Positions 28,430 through 38,493 of a stretch of DNA of 64,000 nt are shown here, in pieces (positions within the stretch are counted from its first letter, which is position 1; the number at the start of each line of letters is the position of its first letter). The notes beneath the pieces are model-generated. The model did no database searches. It was not told the DNA's origin and worked only from the letters and a program-made list of their open reading frames with translations. Origin of the DNA: Galbitalea sp. (GTDB lineage Bacteria; Actinomycetota; Actinomycetes; Actinomycetales; Microbacteriaceae); contig DASYEE010000143.1 in assembly GCA_036499165.1 (NCBI GenBank), positions 16,450 through 80,449 of the forward strand, given 5' to 3'. A program made the position numbers and the translations under genes.

Positions 28430-28687
28430 GTGCCTACTGACGCCTCCGTCACCCTGCTCTCGCGGCCGGATTGTCACCTCTGCGACGACGCACGCGAGAT
28501 CGTCGAGGCTGTGGTCGCGGCGAATCCCCGCGCAACGCTGACTGAGCTCTCGATCACGGAAGATCCTGCGCTCGCCGAGCGATATGCGGAGGAGATCCCC
28601 GTTGTCATGATCAACGGCCGCGTTCACAACATCTGGCGCGTCAACCCCGAGCGGCTCACCGCCGCGCTTCTGGAGGCAACACAATGA
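28430..28687 (+). CDS. Glutaredoxin-like protein
   Basis: CHLC, EEIPVV. Confidence 0.88.
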   Translation: MPTDASVTLLSRPDCHLCDDAREIVEAVVAANPRATLTELSITEDPALAERYAEEIPVVMINGRVHNIWRVNPERLTAALLEATQ

Positions 28688-28983
28688 TCAAGCACGTCAT
28701 CGCCTGGACGCTGAAAGCCACGGATGCGGAAGGCAAGTCGACCGCGTTCACCGCGATCGCCGAGGGGCTCGGCAGCCTGCCGCACGTGATCCCGGAACTG
28801 AAGACCCTCCATGTCGGCCAGGACCTGGCGGAGACGGACGGCAACTGGGATGTCGTCGCCATCCTCGACTTCGAGACGACAGAGGGGCTTGCGATCTACC
28901 AGGCCCACCCGGAGCACCAGAAGGTGGCCACAGTCATCCGCTCGCACACCACGGGGCGCGCGGTCGTCGACTACGAGTTCTAG
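28684..28983 (+). CDS. Dabb family stress-responsive A/B barrel protein
   Basis: MIKHVIAW, YQAHPEH, VVDY. Confidence 0.88.
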   Translation: MIKHVIAWTLKATDAEGKSTAFTAIAEGLGSLPHVIPELKTLHVGQDLAETDGNWDVVAILDFETTEGLAIYQAHPEHQKVATVIRSHTTGRAVVDYEF

Positions 28984-28999
28984 CCAGCAGCGGTTCCTG

Positions 29000-29242
29000 C
29001 TACTCCTGCCAGTACTCGGCGTCGAACTCTGTCGTCAACACGATTTCGCGCGCCGGTGCCAGGTCGAGGTCGGAAAATGTTGCGACCAGGGGGTTGGTGG
29101 CGAGGTCGACCGTCGGATGGTTCGTGCCCTCATCCCAGTCGTTCGTGTGTGAACCATCGGATGGCATCATCGGGAAGTCGCCGGTCTCCGGAAGCGCGTC
29201 AAAGTCGAAAGCGTTGCCACTCGTGTCTTTCGCGATGGTCAT
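29000..29242 (-). CDS. Small acidic hypothetical protein
   Basis: Strong RBS GGAGG; 80 aa. Confidence 0.6.
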   Translation of the reverse strand: MTIAKDTSGNAFDFDALPETGDFPMMPSDGSHTNDWDEGTNHPTVDLATNPLVATFSDLDLAPAREIVLTTEFDAEYWQE

Positions 29243-29345
29243 CCGGGTACCTCCAAAGCGGATTCAAGACCCGCTGCTGTACATCGACGCTACGCCCCGT
29301 CGCCCGTGACGGTCTGTCCCCCGAAGGAGGGACACGAGATGTACC

Positions 29346-30656
29346 CTACGGCAACAGGCGCGTCGGACCGCGGAACAGGTAGGTGGTTTCGCGGATGTTC
29401 GTCTGGTGCAGCATCAGCATGAGCACGCGGGCAAGCCCCATGCCGAACCCGCCGTGCGGCGGAACCCCGTAGCGGAAGAAGTCGAGGTAGAAGTCGAGCT
29501 CCTCCGGGTCGAGACCCTTCTCCTTCGCCTGCTCGACGAGGACATCAATGCGGTGTTCGCGCTGCGCGCCCGTCGAGATCTCGACGCCGTTGAAGATGAG
29601 GTCGTAGCTTTTGGTGATGCCCTGGTCGTCGTCGTGACGCATGTGGTAAAACGGCCGAATACTCGAGGCATAGTCGGTCAGGAAGACGAATTCGTGATCG
29701 AACGTCTCCTTCACATACGCGGCGATCTGGCGCTCGCCCTCGGGGTCCATGTCATCGTCGTGGCGCGGAACCTCGTAGCCGCGCTCGGCGACGATGCGCT
29801 TCGCTTCGGCGAGCGGGATGCGCGGGAACGGCGTCGTCGGCACCGTGACCTGGATGCCGAAAACGGCTTCGATCTCGGCGCCGTGCTTGTCTTTGACGGC
29901 CTGGAAACCAGCAACCAGCAACTCTTCGTGCAGCTTCATGACATCCTCGTGGCTGTCGATCCAGCTGATCTCGGAGTCGATGCTCGTGAACTCTGTGGCG
30001 TGCCGTGAGGTGAAGCTCGGGTCGGCGCGGAAGGCAGGCCCGACCTCGAAGATCTTGCCGAAGCCGGCCGGCTGTGCCATCTGCTTGAAGAACTGCGGGC
30101 TCTGCGAGAGGTACGCCTTCGTGTCGAAGTACTCGACCTCGAACAGCTCGGCCTTCGATTCGCTCGCACTCGCCATCAGCTTCGGGGTGTGGATCTCGAC
30201 GAAGTCGTTCTCGATCCAGTAGGTGCGCCAGGCGTGCTCGAGCGTGGTCTGGATGCGGAAGATCAGGTTCGCTTCCGGCCGTCGCAGGTCGAGGAACCGC
30301 CAGTCCATGCGCTTGTCGACACCGGAGTCGTCTGCGATCGGCGGCTCCGGAATCGAAGCGGTGATGACATCCAGCTCGGTGATCTTGACCTCGATGCCGC
30401 CGAGCTTCACGCGCTCGTCGTGCTTCAGTTCGCCGGTAACACTGACGAAACTGCCCTGGCTGACGGCGGAAATCGCGGCCTGCAGGTCTTCCGGCGCATC
30501 CGCCCGGGGTGCAACCAGCTGGACGGCGCCGGACTCGTCGCGCAGGATGATGAACTGCACGGCCTTCTGGTCGCGCACCTTCTCGACCCACCCGGCGACG
30601 CGCACGAGGCCGTCTTCGAGGGCGGCAAGGTTTTTGACAGGGGTGCGTGTAGTCAC
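29346..30656 (-). CDS. aspS: Aspartyl-tRNA synthetase, short archaeal/eukaryal type
   Basis: OB-fold GWV..RD, RFLDLR, YLSQSPQ, FRA..S.TSRHATEF, GAQREH, PPHGGFGMGLAR; no GAD insertion (~436 aa). Confidence 0.92.
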   Translation of the reverse strand: MTTRTPVKNLAALEDGLVRVAGWVEKVRDQKAVQFIILRDESGAVQLVAPRADAPEDLQAAISAVSQGSFVSVTGELKHDERVKLGGIEVKITELDVITASIPEPPIADDSGVDKRMDWRFLDLRRPEANLIFRIQTTLEHAWRTYWIENDFVEIHTPKLMASASESKAELFEVEYFDTKAYLSQSPQFFKQMAQPAGFGKIFEVGPAFRADPSFTSRHATEFTSIDSEISWIDSHEDVMKLHEELLVAGFQAVKDKHGAEIEAVFGIQVTVPTTPFPRIPLAEAKRIVAERGYEVPRHDDDMDPEGERQIAAYVKETFDHEFVFLTDYASSIRPFYHMRHDDDQGITKSYDLIFNGVEISTGAQREHRIDVLVEQAKEKGLDPEELDFYLDFFRYGVPPHGGFGMGLARVLMLMLHQTNIRETTYLFRGPTRLLP

Positions 30657-30701
30657 GAGCACCGAGTTTACCGGGCCGCCTCGGTGGTGCTGCGTGCCGA
30701 T

Positions 30702-30780
30702 CTAAAGTCGGAGCATCCAGCAACACTCCGCGCTATGGGTCCGGCCGCGCGGCGTGTCGACGGAATTACCGACTTTGCGA
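30702..30780. repeat. 79-bp palindromic element, family B copy 1
   Basis: CTAAAGTCGGA...ACCGACTTTGCGA termini. Confidence 0.75.
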
Positions 30781-30838
30781 AGGGGGTTGCCGGGGGACGC
30801 CGGTTCGGTACACAGCGGTGGTTGCCTAGAATTGGCGG

Positions 30839-31474
30839 GTGCCAGCCTCCCTCATCCATCTCGTGCGCCACGGCGAGGTCTTCAATCCGCAGGGCGTGCT
30901 CTACGGCCGCATCCCGGGCTTCGGCCTGAGCGAGCTCGGCGCCCGCATGGCGGCAGAATCCGCGGAGTCGAAGGTCGGTCATCCGATCACCCGCCTCTAC
31001 GCCAGCCCTCTGCAGCGCACGCAGGAGTCGGCCGCGCCATGGGCGAAGACGTTCGGCTTGAGCATCCAGGGCGACGAGCGCCTGATCGAGCCGTGGAACA
31101 AGTTCGAGGGCACCAACGATTTCGGGGCGAAAGCCTTGCGCATGCCACGAGTGTGGCCGTGGCTCGTGAACCCCTTCAAGCCGAGCTGGGGCGAGCCGTA
31201 CGAGTCGATCGCGACCAGGATGCTCGCAGCCATCGAGGATGCGTGGGCCGCGACGAACGCGGGCGAAGTCGCGCTCGTCAGTCACCAGCTTCCCATCTGG
31301 ATGGTGCACAGGAAGCTGGCGGGGGAGCGCCTGTTCCACGACCCGCGCAAGCGCCGCTGCAACCTCTCCTCCATCACAACCCTCGCCCGCGAGGGCGATC
31401 GCTTCATCGAGGTCGACTATCAGGATCCTGCGGCAGACTTGCAGGCATCCGCCATCGACCAGGGAGCCGTGTGA
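30839..31474 (+). CDS. Histidine phosphatase (phosphoglycerate mutase family)
   Basis: LVRHGE, ASPLQRTQ, VSHQLPIW. Confidence 0.9.
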   Translation: MPASLIHLVRHGEVFNPQGVLYGRIPGFGLSELGARMAAESAESKVGHPITRLYASPLQRTQESAAPWAKTFGLSIQGDERLIEPWNKFEGTNDFGAKALRMPRVWPWLVNPFKPSWGEPYESIATRMLAAIEDAWAATNAGEVALVSHQLPIWMVHRKLAGERLFHDPRKRRCNLSSITTLAREGDRFIEVDYQDPAADLQASAIDQGAV

Positions 31475-32058
31475 GAAGCAGAAGTCTTCTGGGCATGCTC
31501 GTCGTTCCCGTTGTTGCTGTTTTCGTGCTTGCGGGATGCACCGAGACGCCGGATTACGGCCAGTCTTCCTCTAACGGCTACGTCTCCGGCGCTGGCGTCT
31601 ACAAGGAGATCAAGCCAGCCGATCGCAAGAAGCCACTCAGCTTCAGCTCAAAGCTCGACACGGGAGCGACCGTGACAAGCGCAGAGCTGAAGGGCAAGGT
31701 GTACGTCGTCAACTTCTGGTACGCGGGATGCGCGCCATGCAACTCCGAGGCCCCGCGGCTCAATAAGGTCTACGAGAAATACAAGGGCTCGGTCGGGTTC
31801 CTCGGCGTCAACACCTATGACCAGGCCGCGACCGCCGAGACCTTCGAGCAGGCGCACGACGTGAAGTACCCGTCGGCGATCGACACCAACACGGCATCCG
31901 TGCAGTACGCGTTCTCCAGCTACGTTCCGCCGTCGGCGGTGCCGACGACCCTCGTGCTCGATAAGCAGGGGCGGGTTGCGGCTCGCGTGACGGGCGAACT
32001 CGACGATCCCAGCATCCTCGAATCCCTGATCGCCACCGTGATCCACGAGGGGCAGTAG
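31471..32058 (+). CDS. TlpA/ResA thiol-disulfide reductase lipoprotein
   Basis: Lipobox LAGC, VVNFWYAGCAPC, VPTT. Confidence 0.9.
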   Translation: MRSRSLLGMLVVPVVAVFVLAGCTETPDYGQSSSNGYVSGAGVYKEIKPADRKKPLSFSSKLDTGATVTSAELKGKVYVVNFWYAGCAPCNSEAPRLNKVYEKYKGSVGFLGVNTYDQAATAETFEQAHDVKYPSAIDTNTASVQYAFSSYVPPSAVPTTLVLDKQGRVAARVTGELDDPSILESLIATVIHEGQ

Positions 32059-32805
32059 GTGGGCTCGATGTTCAGCATCTTGACGAGCGGAAACCTGCTC
32101 GTGGCGCTCGCCATCGCGCTGGCTGCCGGCTTCGTCGCTTTCGCCTCCCCGTGCGTGCTTCCGCTCGTGCCCGGCTATCTTGGCTACATCGGCGGCTTCA
32201 CGACAGAGGCGGACCGACCGCGCCGGGGCAGGATGCTCGTTGGGGTCCTCCTGTTCGTGCTCGGCTTTTCCATCGTCTTCGTCGCGTTCAACTGGCTGCT
32301 CGGCGGCGCCGGCTTCCTGCTGAAGGCGCACCTCGATCTCATCACCCGCATCGCTGGCGTGCTCGTGATCGCGATGGGCCTCGTCTTCGTCGGCCAGTTC
32401 ACGTTCCTCCAGCGAACCGTCAAGCCGCGCTGGACGGCGACCACCGGGATGGCTGGTGCGCCACTTCTCGGGATCATCTTCGCGCTCGGCTGGACGCCGT
32501 GCATCGGTCCGACGCTGTCGGTCGTGTTGTCGCTGGCCGGCACCAGCGGTGACCCGCTGCGCGGCGCGTTCCTCGGGCTCGCGTTCTCCCTCGGCCTCGG
32601 GGTTCCCTTCCTGCTGCTGGCGCTCGGCCTCAATTGGGCCACCGGGTCCATGAAGTGGTTGAAGCGTCACATCCGTCTCGTCAACATCATCGGAGGCGGC
32701 CTGCTCATCCTCATCGGCATTCTCATGGTCAGCGGCGTGTGGCAGCTGCTCATGTCCCAGCTCACGGCGGGGGTGGCAAATGGCTCGTTCACCTCGCCCC
32801 TCTGA
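32059..32805 (+). CDS. ccdA: Cytochrome c biogenesis protein CcdA
   Basis: FASPCVLPLVPGY, GWTPCIGP. Confidence 0.93.
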   Translation: MGSMFSILTSGNLLVALAIALAAGFVAFASPCVLPLVPGYLGYIGGFTTEADRPRRGRMLVGVLLFVLGFSIVFVAFNWLLGGAGFLLKAHLDLITRIAGVLVIAMGLVFVGQFTFLQRTVKPRWTATTGMAGAPLLGIIFALGWTPCIGPTLSVVLSLAGTSGDPLRGAFLGLAFSLGLGVPFLLLALGLNWATGSMKWLKRHIRLVNIIGGGLLILIGILMVSGVWQLLMSQLTAGVANGSFTSPL

Positions 32806-34453
32806 TCCTGAATCTGACGCGACTGTCGACGCAGAGGCATCCGACCCGAAGCGGCCGTCCGACCACTTCGACTCGCCAGCACCCGAGCCCGGGATCGTGC
32901 AGCCGCGGCTCGGCATCGTCGGATACCTGCGCTTCTTCTGGCGCCAGCTCACCAGCATGCGAACGGCGCTGCTCCTCCTGTTGCTGGTCGCCTTCGCTGC
33001 GGTGCCGGGGTCGCTTGTTCCGCAGACGACCTCAGACCCGAACGGCGTCATCCAGTACAAGGCATCGAACCCGGAGTGGTGGGTGCACACCCTCGAGTTC
33101 CTTGGCGTCTTCAACACCTATTCGTCGGTGTGGTTCTCGGCCATCTACCTGCTGCTGTTCATCTCCCTCGTCGGCTGCATCATCCCGCGCACGATGCACC
33201 ACGCCAAGGCCCTTCGCTCCGCACCACCGAGGACACCGTCGCGGCTCGACAAGCTCGAGGGCTACACGTCGATCGACGCTGGGGACGTGGATGTCGACAA
33301 GGCGATCGGCGCCGCTCGCGCCGTGCTTCGCCGCAGCGGCTATCGCGTGCGTGTGTTCGACGGAGAATCGGTCAGCGCGGAGCGCGGTTACCTTCGTGAG
33401 ACCGGCAACCTGGTGTTCCACGTCGCGCTCGTCGGAATCCTCGCGGTTGTCGGGGTCGGCGGCGGCTTCATCTACACGGGGCAGAAAGTCGTGATCGTGG
33501 GGCAGGGCTTCGCGAACACTCTCTCCGACTACGACTCTGTCAGCCCCGGCCGCTGGTTCAATGGCGACGACATGACGCCGTACCAGCTGCTTCTCACCAA
33601 GTTCACGGCGAAGTACGACGACCAGAGCCTGTCGTCCTACGGTGAGGCGATCGACTACACGGCATACGTGCGCACCCGGGAGCCGGGGCGCGGGTGGGAG
33701 AACCAGACCATCAAGGTCAACTCCCCGCTGCACGTCGGCGACACCGACGTCTACCTGCTTGGCAACGGCTACGCGCCGACCCTCACCTTCAGGAACCCCA
33801 AGGGCAAGGTCGTCTCGACCCAGACTGTGCCCTTCCTCTCGCAGGACACGAACCTCACGAGCACCGGGACGATCCGCGTCGCGAACGGCCTCCCGCAGCA
33901 GGTCGCTTTCACCGGCCTGTTCCTGCCGACGAAGTGCGCGCAGGTCGCGTACTGCGGTGCGGGGCTGAGCTCGATTCACCCCGACCTGATCAACCCGTCG
34001 CTCTCGCTGCAGGTCTACGTCGGCGACCTCGGATTCGATAAGGGCAAGCCGATCAACGCGTTCACGCTCGACCCGACCGGGCTCAAGCAGATCGCGGGCC
34101 GCGGCTCTGGCAAGCCCGGGCTGACGCTGAAGCCGGGGCAGACCGTAAAGCTCCCGGACGGTCTCGGCTCGGTCACGTTCGATAAGCACATCGCGCGTTA
34201 CGCATCGCTCGACATCCACCACGACCCGACGCAGATCTGGGTGCTGACCTTCGCCATCCTCGTCTTCCTCGGCCTGATCACGGGCCTCTTCGTGCCGCGC
34301 CGGCGCATGTGGGTGAAGGCCGTGAAGGGGAAGGATGGCGTGAAGCTCGAATACGCGGGCCTCGCCAGGGGTGAGGATGCCCGGTTGAAGGAAGCCGTCA
34401 CCGACCTGGCCCAGAAGCACTCCCAGCTTCTCGGGCTTAACATGAAGCCGTGA
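32780..34453 (+). CDS. resB: Cytochrome c biogenesis protein ResB
   Basis: LTSMRTALLLL, GSLVPQ, ETGNLVFH, VNSPL. Confidence 0.92.
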   Translation: MARSPRPSDPESDATVDAEASDPKRPSDHFDSPAPEPGIVQPRLGIVGYLRFFWRQLTSMRTALLLLLLVAFAAVPGSLVPQTTSDPNGVIQYKASNPEWWVHTLEFLGVFNTYSSVWFSAIYLLLFISLVGCIIPRTMHHAKALRSAPPRTPSRLDKLEGYTSIDAGDVDVDKAIGAARAVLRRSGYRVRVFDGESVSAERGYLRETGNLVFHVALVGILAVVGVGGGFIYTGQKVVIVGQGFANTLSDYDSVSPGRWFNGDDMTPYQLLLTKFTAKYDDQSLSSYGEAIDYTAYVRTREPGRGWENQTIKVNSPLHVGDTDVYLLGNGYAPTLTFRNPKGKVVSTQTVPFLSQDTNLTSTGTIRVANGLPQQVAFTGLFLPTKCAQVAYCGAGLSSIHPDLINPSLSLQVYVGDLGFDKGKPINAFTLDPTGLKQIAGRGSGKPGLTLKPGQTVKLPDGLGSVTFDKHIARYASLDIHHDPTQIWVLTFAILVFLGLITGLFVPRRRMWVKAVKGKDGVKLEYAGLARGEDARLKEAVTDLAQKHSQLLGLNMKP

Positions 34454-35430
34454 ATCAACCGGATCTCGCAACCTACAGCGTCATCGCCATCTACTCGGCG
34501 ATGACGGTCTACGCGATCGCGTTCATCTGCTTCGCCCTCGACCTGGCACGTCGCGCCTCGCTGGCGAAGGGCGCCGCGATTGCACCGGCCGTCCCGCTCA
34601 CGGTGTCGGCAGGCTCCGGCAGCACTGCGCTTCTCGACCGCCCGGATGCGCCGGCGTCCGGCGACCTCGACGGCCCGATTGGCCGCGTGAAGCGCTCACG
34701 CACGGCGCGTCTCGGGCTGTACTTCACCATCCTCGGCTGGATCCTGCACGTCGGCGGCGATGTGCTTCGCGGCGTTGCGGCCGGGCGGGTCCCGTGGGCG
34801 AACATGTTCGAGTTCTCGGTCACGATGACCGCGATCATCATCGGCGTCTTCCTGTTCGTGCAGTTCTGGCAGGACCTCCTGTTCCTCGGCGTCTACGTCA
34901 CCGGCTTCGTCACCCTGTTCCTCGGGCTGGCGACAACGGAGTACTACGTCGCGGTTTCTCCGCTGCCGCCACCCCTGCAGTCGTACTGGCTGGTGATCCA
35001 CGTCTTCGTCGCGTCTCTCGGCACCGGCTTCTTCGGCCTCGGCGCCGCGCTCTCCGTCGTGCAACTGCTTGCCGCGCGACGGGTGGCGAAGGGACTGCGG
35101 CCGATTCCGGCCATCCCGACGCCGGAGCGCCTCGAGACGTTGGCGTATCGCCTGATCGTCGTCGGATTCGTGTTCTGGTCGTTCACGCTGATCGCCGGTG
35201 CGATCTGGGCAGACCACGCCTGGGGTCGCTACTGGGGTTGGGACACCAAAGAGGTGTGGACCTTCATCATCTGGGTGATCTTCGCCGGGTACATCCACGC
35301 GCGAGCGACACGAGGATGGCGCGGGTCGCGTTCTGCGACGCTCGCGATCATTGGCTTCGGAGCCGTGCTCTTCAACTTCACGATCGTCAACATCTTCTTC
35401 CACGGTCTGCACAGCTACTCCGGCCTGTAG
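34450..35430 (+). CDS. ccsA: Cytochrome c assembly protein CcsA/ResC
   Basis: PWANMFEF, LQSYWLVIHV, WGRYWGWDTKE, GLHSY. Confidence 0.93.
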   Translation: MNQPDLATYSVIAIYSAMTVYAIAFICFALDLARRASLAKGAAIAPAVPLTVSAGSGSTALLDRPDAPASGDLDGPIGRVKRSRTARLGLYFTILGWILHVGGDVLRGVAAGRVPWANMFEFSVTMTAIIIGVFLFVQFWQDLLFLGVYVTGFVTLFLGLATTEYYVAVSPLPPPLQSYWLVIHVFVASLGTGFFGLGAALSVVQLLAARRVAKGLRPIPAIPTPERLETLAYRLIVVGFVFWSFTLIAGAIWADHAWGRYWGWDTKEVWTFIIWVIFAGYIHARATRGWRGSRSATLAIIGFGAVLFNFTIVNIFFHGLHSYSGL

Positions 35431-35454
35431 GTCGTCGCGGCGTCGTTGGACGCC

Positions 35455-35488
35455 TAGACGGTTTGTCTTGTTTGGACGTATGATCCAA
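35455..35488 (+). promoter_or_regulatory. Leaderless promoter TAGACG-18-TATGAT overlapped by two GAC-N5-(G/A)TC palindromes (putative autoregulatory operators)
   Basis: TAGAC-GGTTT-GTCTT and TGGAC-GTATG-ATCCA. Confidence 0.55.
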
Positions 35489-35490
35489 GC

Positions 35491-36105
35491 GTGACATCCC
35501 CGCCGCCCGCATATCTCTTCGCCATCGGGGAATCGTTTGCGCGGATCCTCGCGCCGCACGGCGAGGTCGTGTTGCACGATGTCGAGACAGACACGATCAG
35601 CGCGATCTGGAACCCGTTGTCACGCAGGGTCGTCGGGGAGCCATCCCTCCTTGCCGAACTCGACCTGGCTGCGGGGGACGTGTTCGGGCCATACCCGAAG
35701 ACGCTCGCCGATGGCAGGGCGCTGTCGAGCGTCAGCGCCGTCGTGCGCGACGACAGCGGGGCAGCATCCATGGTTCTCTGCGTCAACGTCGACCGCACGG
35801 CCTTCGAGGCTGCGGCCCGGCTGCTTGCCGCATTCGCCGCGCCGGTCGCCCTGCAGCCGCGCGCCCTGTTCGAGAAGGACTGGGTCGAGGGGCTCAACGA
35901 CCTCGTCGGCGCCTACGTGCGAGAAAGCGGCAGGTCGGTCGACCGCTTCACGCGCGACGACCGGCTCGAAGTGCTTGCCCGAATGGATGCCGCCGGCGTC
36001 TTCGGCAGGCAGAAGGCGGCGCAGACGGTCGCCCGCACGCTCGAGGTGTCGCGGTCGGGGCTGTACACGCTGCTGGCCGAGCTCAGGAAGGAAGCAACCC
36101 CATGA
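35491..36105 (+). CDS. YheO-like PAS + HTH transcriptional regulator
   Basis: EVVLHD, SRRVVG, GPY, LCVNVD, VARTLEVSRSGLY. Confidence 0.88.
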   Translation: MTSPPPAYLFAIGESFARILAPHGEVVLHDVETDTISAIWNPLSRRVVGEPSLLAELDLAAGDVFGPYPKTLADGRALSSVSAVVRDDSGAASMVLCVNVDRTAFEAAARLLAAFAAPVALQPRALFEKDWVEGLNDLVGAYVRESGRSVDRFTRDDRLEVLARMDAAGVFGRQKAAQTVARTLEVSRSGLYTLLAELRKEATP

Positions 36106-37232
36106 CGACGCTCCCGCACTTTCGGCTCGAAACCTACTTCGAGAAGTGGGAGTTTTCGGCGAAATATCACCTCACGGCGTCGGATGCGCAGACCATGTCC
36201 GTTCGCGAACTGCTCGAGCTGGCGGATGCCGACGGCCGCCGTCGCTGGGACGAGCTGACCCTGGCGTACACGGAGACGCGCGGGATGCCCGAGCTGCGCC
36301 AGGCGATCGCAGCGACCTACGACCACCTGGCGGCCGACGACATCCTCTGCTTCGCGGGGGCGGAAGAGGTGCTGTATCTCGCTCCCCAGGCGATCCTCGG
36401 GCCGGACGACCATGCCGTCGTGATGACACCCAACTACCAGGCCGCCGAGACGATTCCGCTGGCGATCTCTGCGGTCACCGGCGTCGCCCTCCGAGAGGAG
36501 GACGACTGGGCGCTCGATGTCGACGCGATCGAGGCGGCGCTGCGACCGAATACGAAGCTCGTGTCGGTGAACTTCCCGAACAATCCGACCGGGGCGGTGC
36601 CCGGGGTCGACGAGTGGCTTCGGCTGGTCCGGCTCTGCGACGAACGCGGCATCACCCTCCTGAGCGACGAGGTCTACCGCGGACTGGAACGGGATGCCAC
36701 CGCCGCGCTTCCCCAGGCCGCCGACCTTTCAGCCACCGCGGTTTCCGTTGGCGTCATGTCGAAGGCTTACGGGCTGCCTGGGCTCCGGATCGGCTGGATC
36801 GCCACCCGCGACCACGCGCTGCTCGAGCGGATCGCCCGCGCAAAGGACTACACGACCATCTGCAACTCGGCGCCGAGTGAGGTGCTCGCGCTGATCGCAC
36901 TGCGGGCGCGGGAGCAGGTAATCGAACGCAACCGGGGGATCGTCGCCGCAAACATCCCCCAGTTCGACGCGTTCTTCGCGCGGCACCCGGACCTGTTCGA
37001 GTGGCGGGCGCCGGATGGCGGTTGCGTCGCGTTCCCGCGGTACCTCGGCGGCGACGGCGTCGAAAGGATGTGCGCAGACCTCGTCGAGGAGGCCGGCGTG
37101 CTGCTGCTGCCGGCGAGCCTGTATGCGTCGGAGCTCACCGCGACGCCGACGGACCGGTTCCGCATCGGCGTCGGGCGCCTTGACCCTGCGCCGGCTCTCG
37201 CCGCCTGGGATGCGTGGCTCGCGAGGCGCTGA
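36102..37232 (+). CDS. PLP-dependent aminotransferase class I/II
   Basis: NFPNNPTG, SDEVYRGL, MSKAYGLPGLRIGW. Confidence 0.92.
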   Translation: MTTLPHFRLETYFEKWEFSAKYHLTASDAQTMSVRELLELADADGRRRWDELTLAYTETRGMPELRQAIAATYDHLAADDILCFAGAEEVLYLAPQAILGPDDHAVVMTPNYQAAETIPLAISAVTGVALREEDDWALDVDAIEAALRPNTKLVSVNFPNNPTGAVPGVDEWLRLVRLCDERGITLLSDEVYRGLERDATAALPQAADLSATAVSVGVMSKAYGLPGLRIGWIATRDHALLERIARAKDYTTICNSAPSEVLALIALRAREQVIERNRGIVAANIPQFDAFFARHPDLFEWRAPDGGCVAFPRYLGGDGVERMCADLVEEAGVLLLPASLYASELTATPTDRFRIGVGRLDPAPALAAWDAWLARR

Positions 37233-37269
37233 CGGAGCGCCGTCGGCTCCTCGGGGTATTTCGTGCGTT

Positions 37270-37368
37270 GGTCTCGATAACGCCGGCTTCGCGCGGCTAC
37301 TCGACCAGCGAGGTCTCGCGCGGCTACTCGACCGGCGAGGTCTCGCGTGGCTACTCGACCGGCGAGGT
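37270..37368. repeat. GTAG-type REP with 27-bp tandem partial copies
   Basis: GGTCTCGATAACGCCGGCTTCGCGCGGCTACTCGACC followed by two TCGCG(C/T)GGCTACTCGACC units. Confidence 0.9.
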
Positions 37369-38349
37369 GGCGAGCACCGCGTGAACGCGGCCGAGGCGCC
37401 CCAGCCACCACTCGGTGCGCTCGTCGCTCGCGGCATGACGCTCCAGCAGGTCGTCGCTGACATCGACCCGACGCACGTCGATCTGGCCGTCGATCGGCGC
37501 TAGCGGCGCATCCGTCACGTCTGCGGCGAGGAGGGCAGCGGTGCCGAGTCCGCAGTCGTATTGCAGGCCCGGTACACCCGCCGCGAGGTGCGCGCCCATC
37601 GAGAGTCCGACCGACGTGTCGATCGCGCTCGAAACGACGACAGGCAGGCCCGCCGCAGCGACAATCCGAAGCGCTCGATCGATGCCCCCGAGCGGCTGCG
37701 CCTTGATGATAAGGATGTCTGCGGCACTGGCGCGCGCCACCGCCAGTGGATCGTCGGCCTTGCGCACGCTTTCGTCCGCAGCGATCGGGATCCCCATGTA
37801 TTTCACGCGCTTGCGGATCTGCGCCAGCTCATCGACCGTCTCACAGGGCTGCTCTACGTACTCGAGGTCGTATTCGGCGAGGGAGTGGATCGCGTGCTCG
37901 GCCTCGTCGAGGTTCCAGCTGGCGTTCGCGTCGATGCGAATGCGGCCGTCTGGCCCGAGCAGCTCGCGCACGGCTGCGACCCTGGCGACGTCATCCGCGA
38001 GGGACTGGCCCTGCTCCGCGACCTTGACCTTGACTGTCCTGCAGCCCGGGTACCTGGCGAGGATCTCGGCGATCCGCTCAGGCGCGACGGCGGGCAGCGT
38101 CGCGTTGACGTGGATCCGCGTCGGCGCACCCGCAGGCAGCTCCGGGGTGCGCCAGCCAAAGTCGATCGCGGCGGCGAGCCATGCCGCGGCCTCAGCGTCG
38201 CCGTACTCGAGGAAGGGCGAAAACTCGGTCCATCCCACCGGTCCGTGGAGAAGCAGCGCCTCCCTTGTCTCGATGCCACGGAATCGTGTTGACAACGGGA
38301 GAGAAACCACTCGCGCCGTCGCGAGCAGCTCTGCGAGAGGCGGGAGCAT
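37351..38349 (-). CDS. menC: o-Succinylbenzoate synthase
   Basis: EFSPFLEY, TVKVKV, RIDAN, YVEQPC, AADES, KAQPLGG. Confidence 0.93.
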   Translation of the reverse strand: MLPPLAELLATARVVSLPLSTRFRGIETREALLLHGPVGWTEFSPFLEYGDAEAAAWLAAAIDFGWRTPELPAGAPTRIHVNATLPAVAPERIAEILARYPGCRTVKVKVAEQGQSLADDVARVAAVRELLGPDGRIRIDANASWNLDEAEHAIHSLAEYDLEYVEQPCETVDELAQIRKRVKYMGIPIAADESVRKADDPLAVARASAADILIIKAQPLGGIDRALRIVAAAGLPVVVSSAIDTSVGLSMGAHLAAGVPGLQYDCGLGTAALLAADVTDAPLAPIDGQIDVRRVDVSDDLLERHAASDERTEWWLGRLGRVHAVLATSPVE

Positions 38350-38493
38350 GCCCCCAGTCTGTCACCGACCTCAGCGCACGTCTCCCAGCCGTTTTGCCGC
38401 GGCCGGGCCGAGAATCATCCTTTCGGAGGTTTTGCGGTGCGGCGCCCGGCTGTCACAGTTGTTGTGACAGGACGCGTGGACAGGGGAGGCGAC

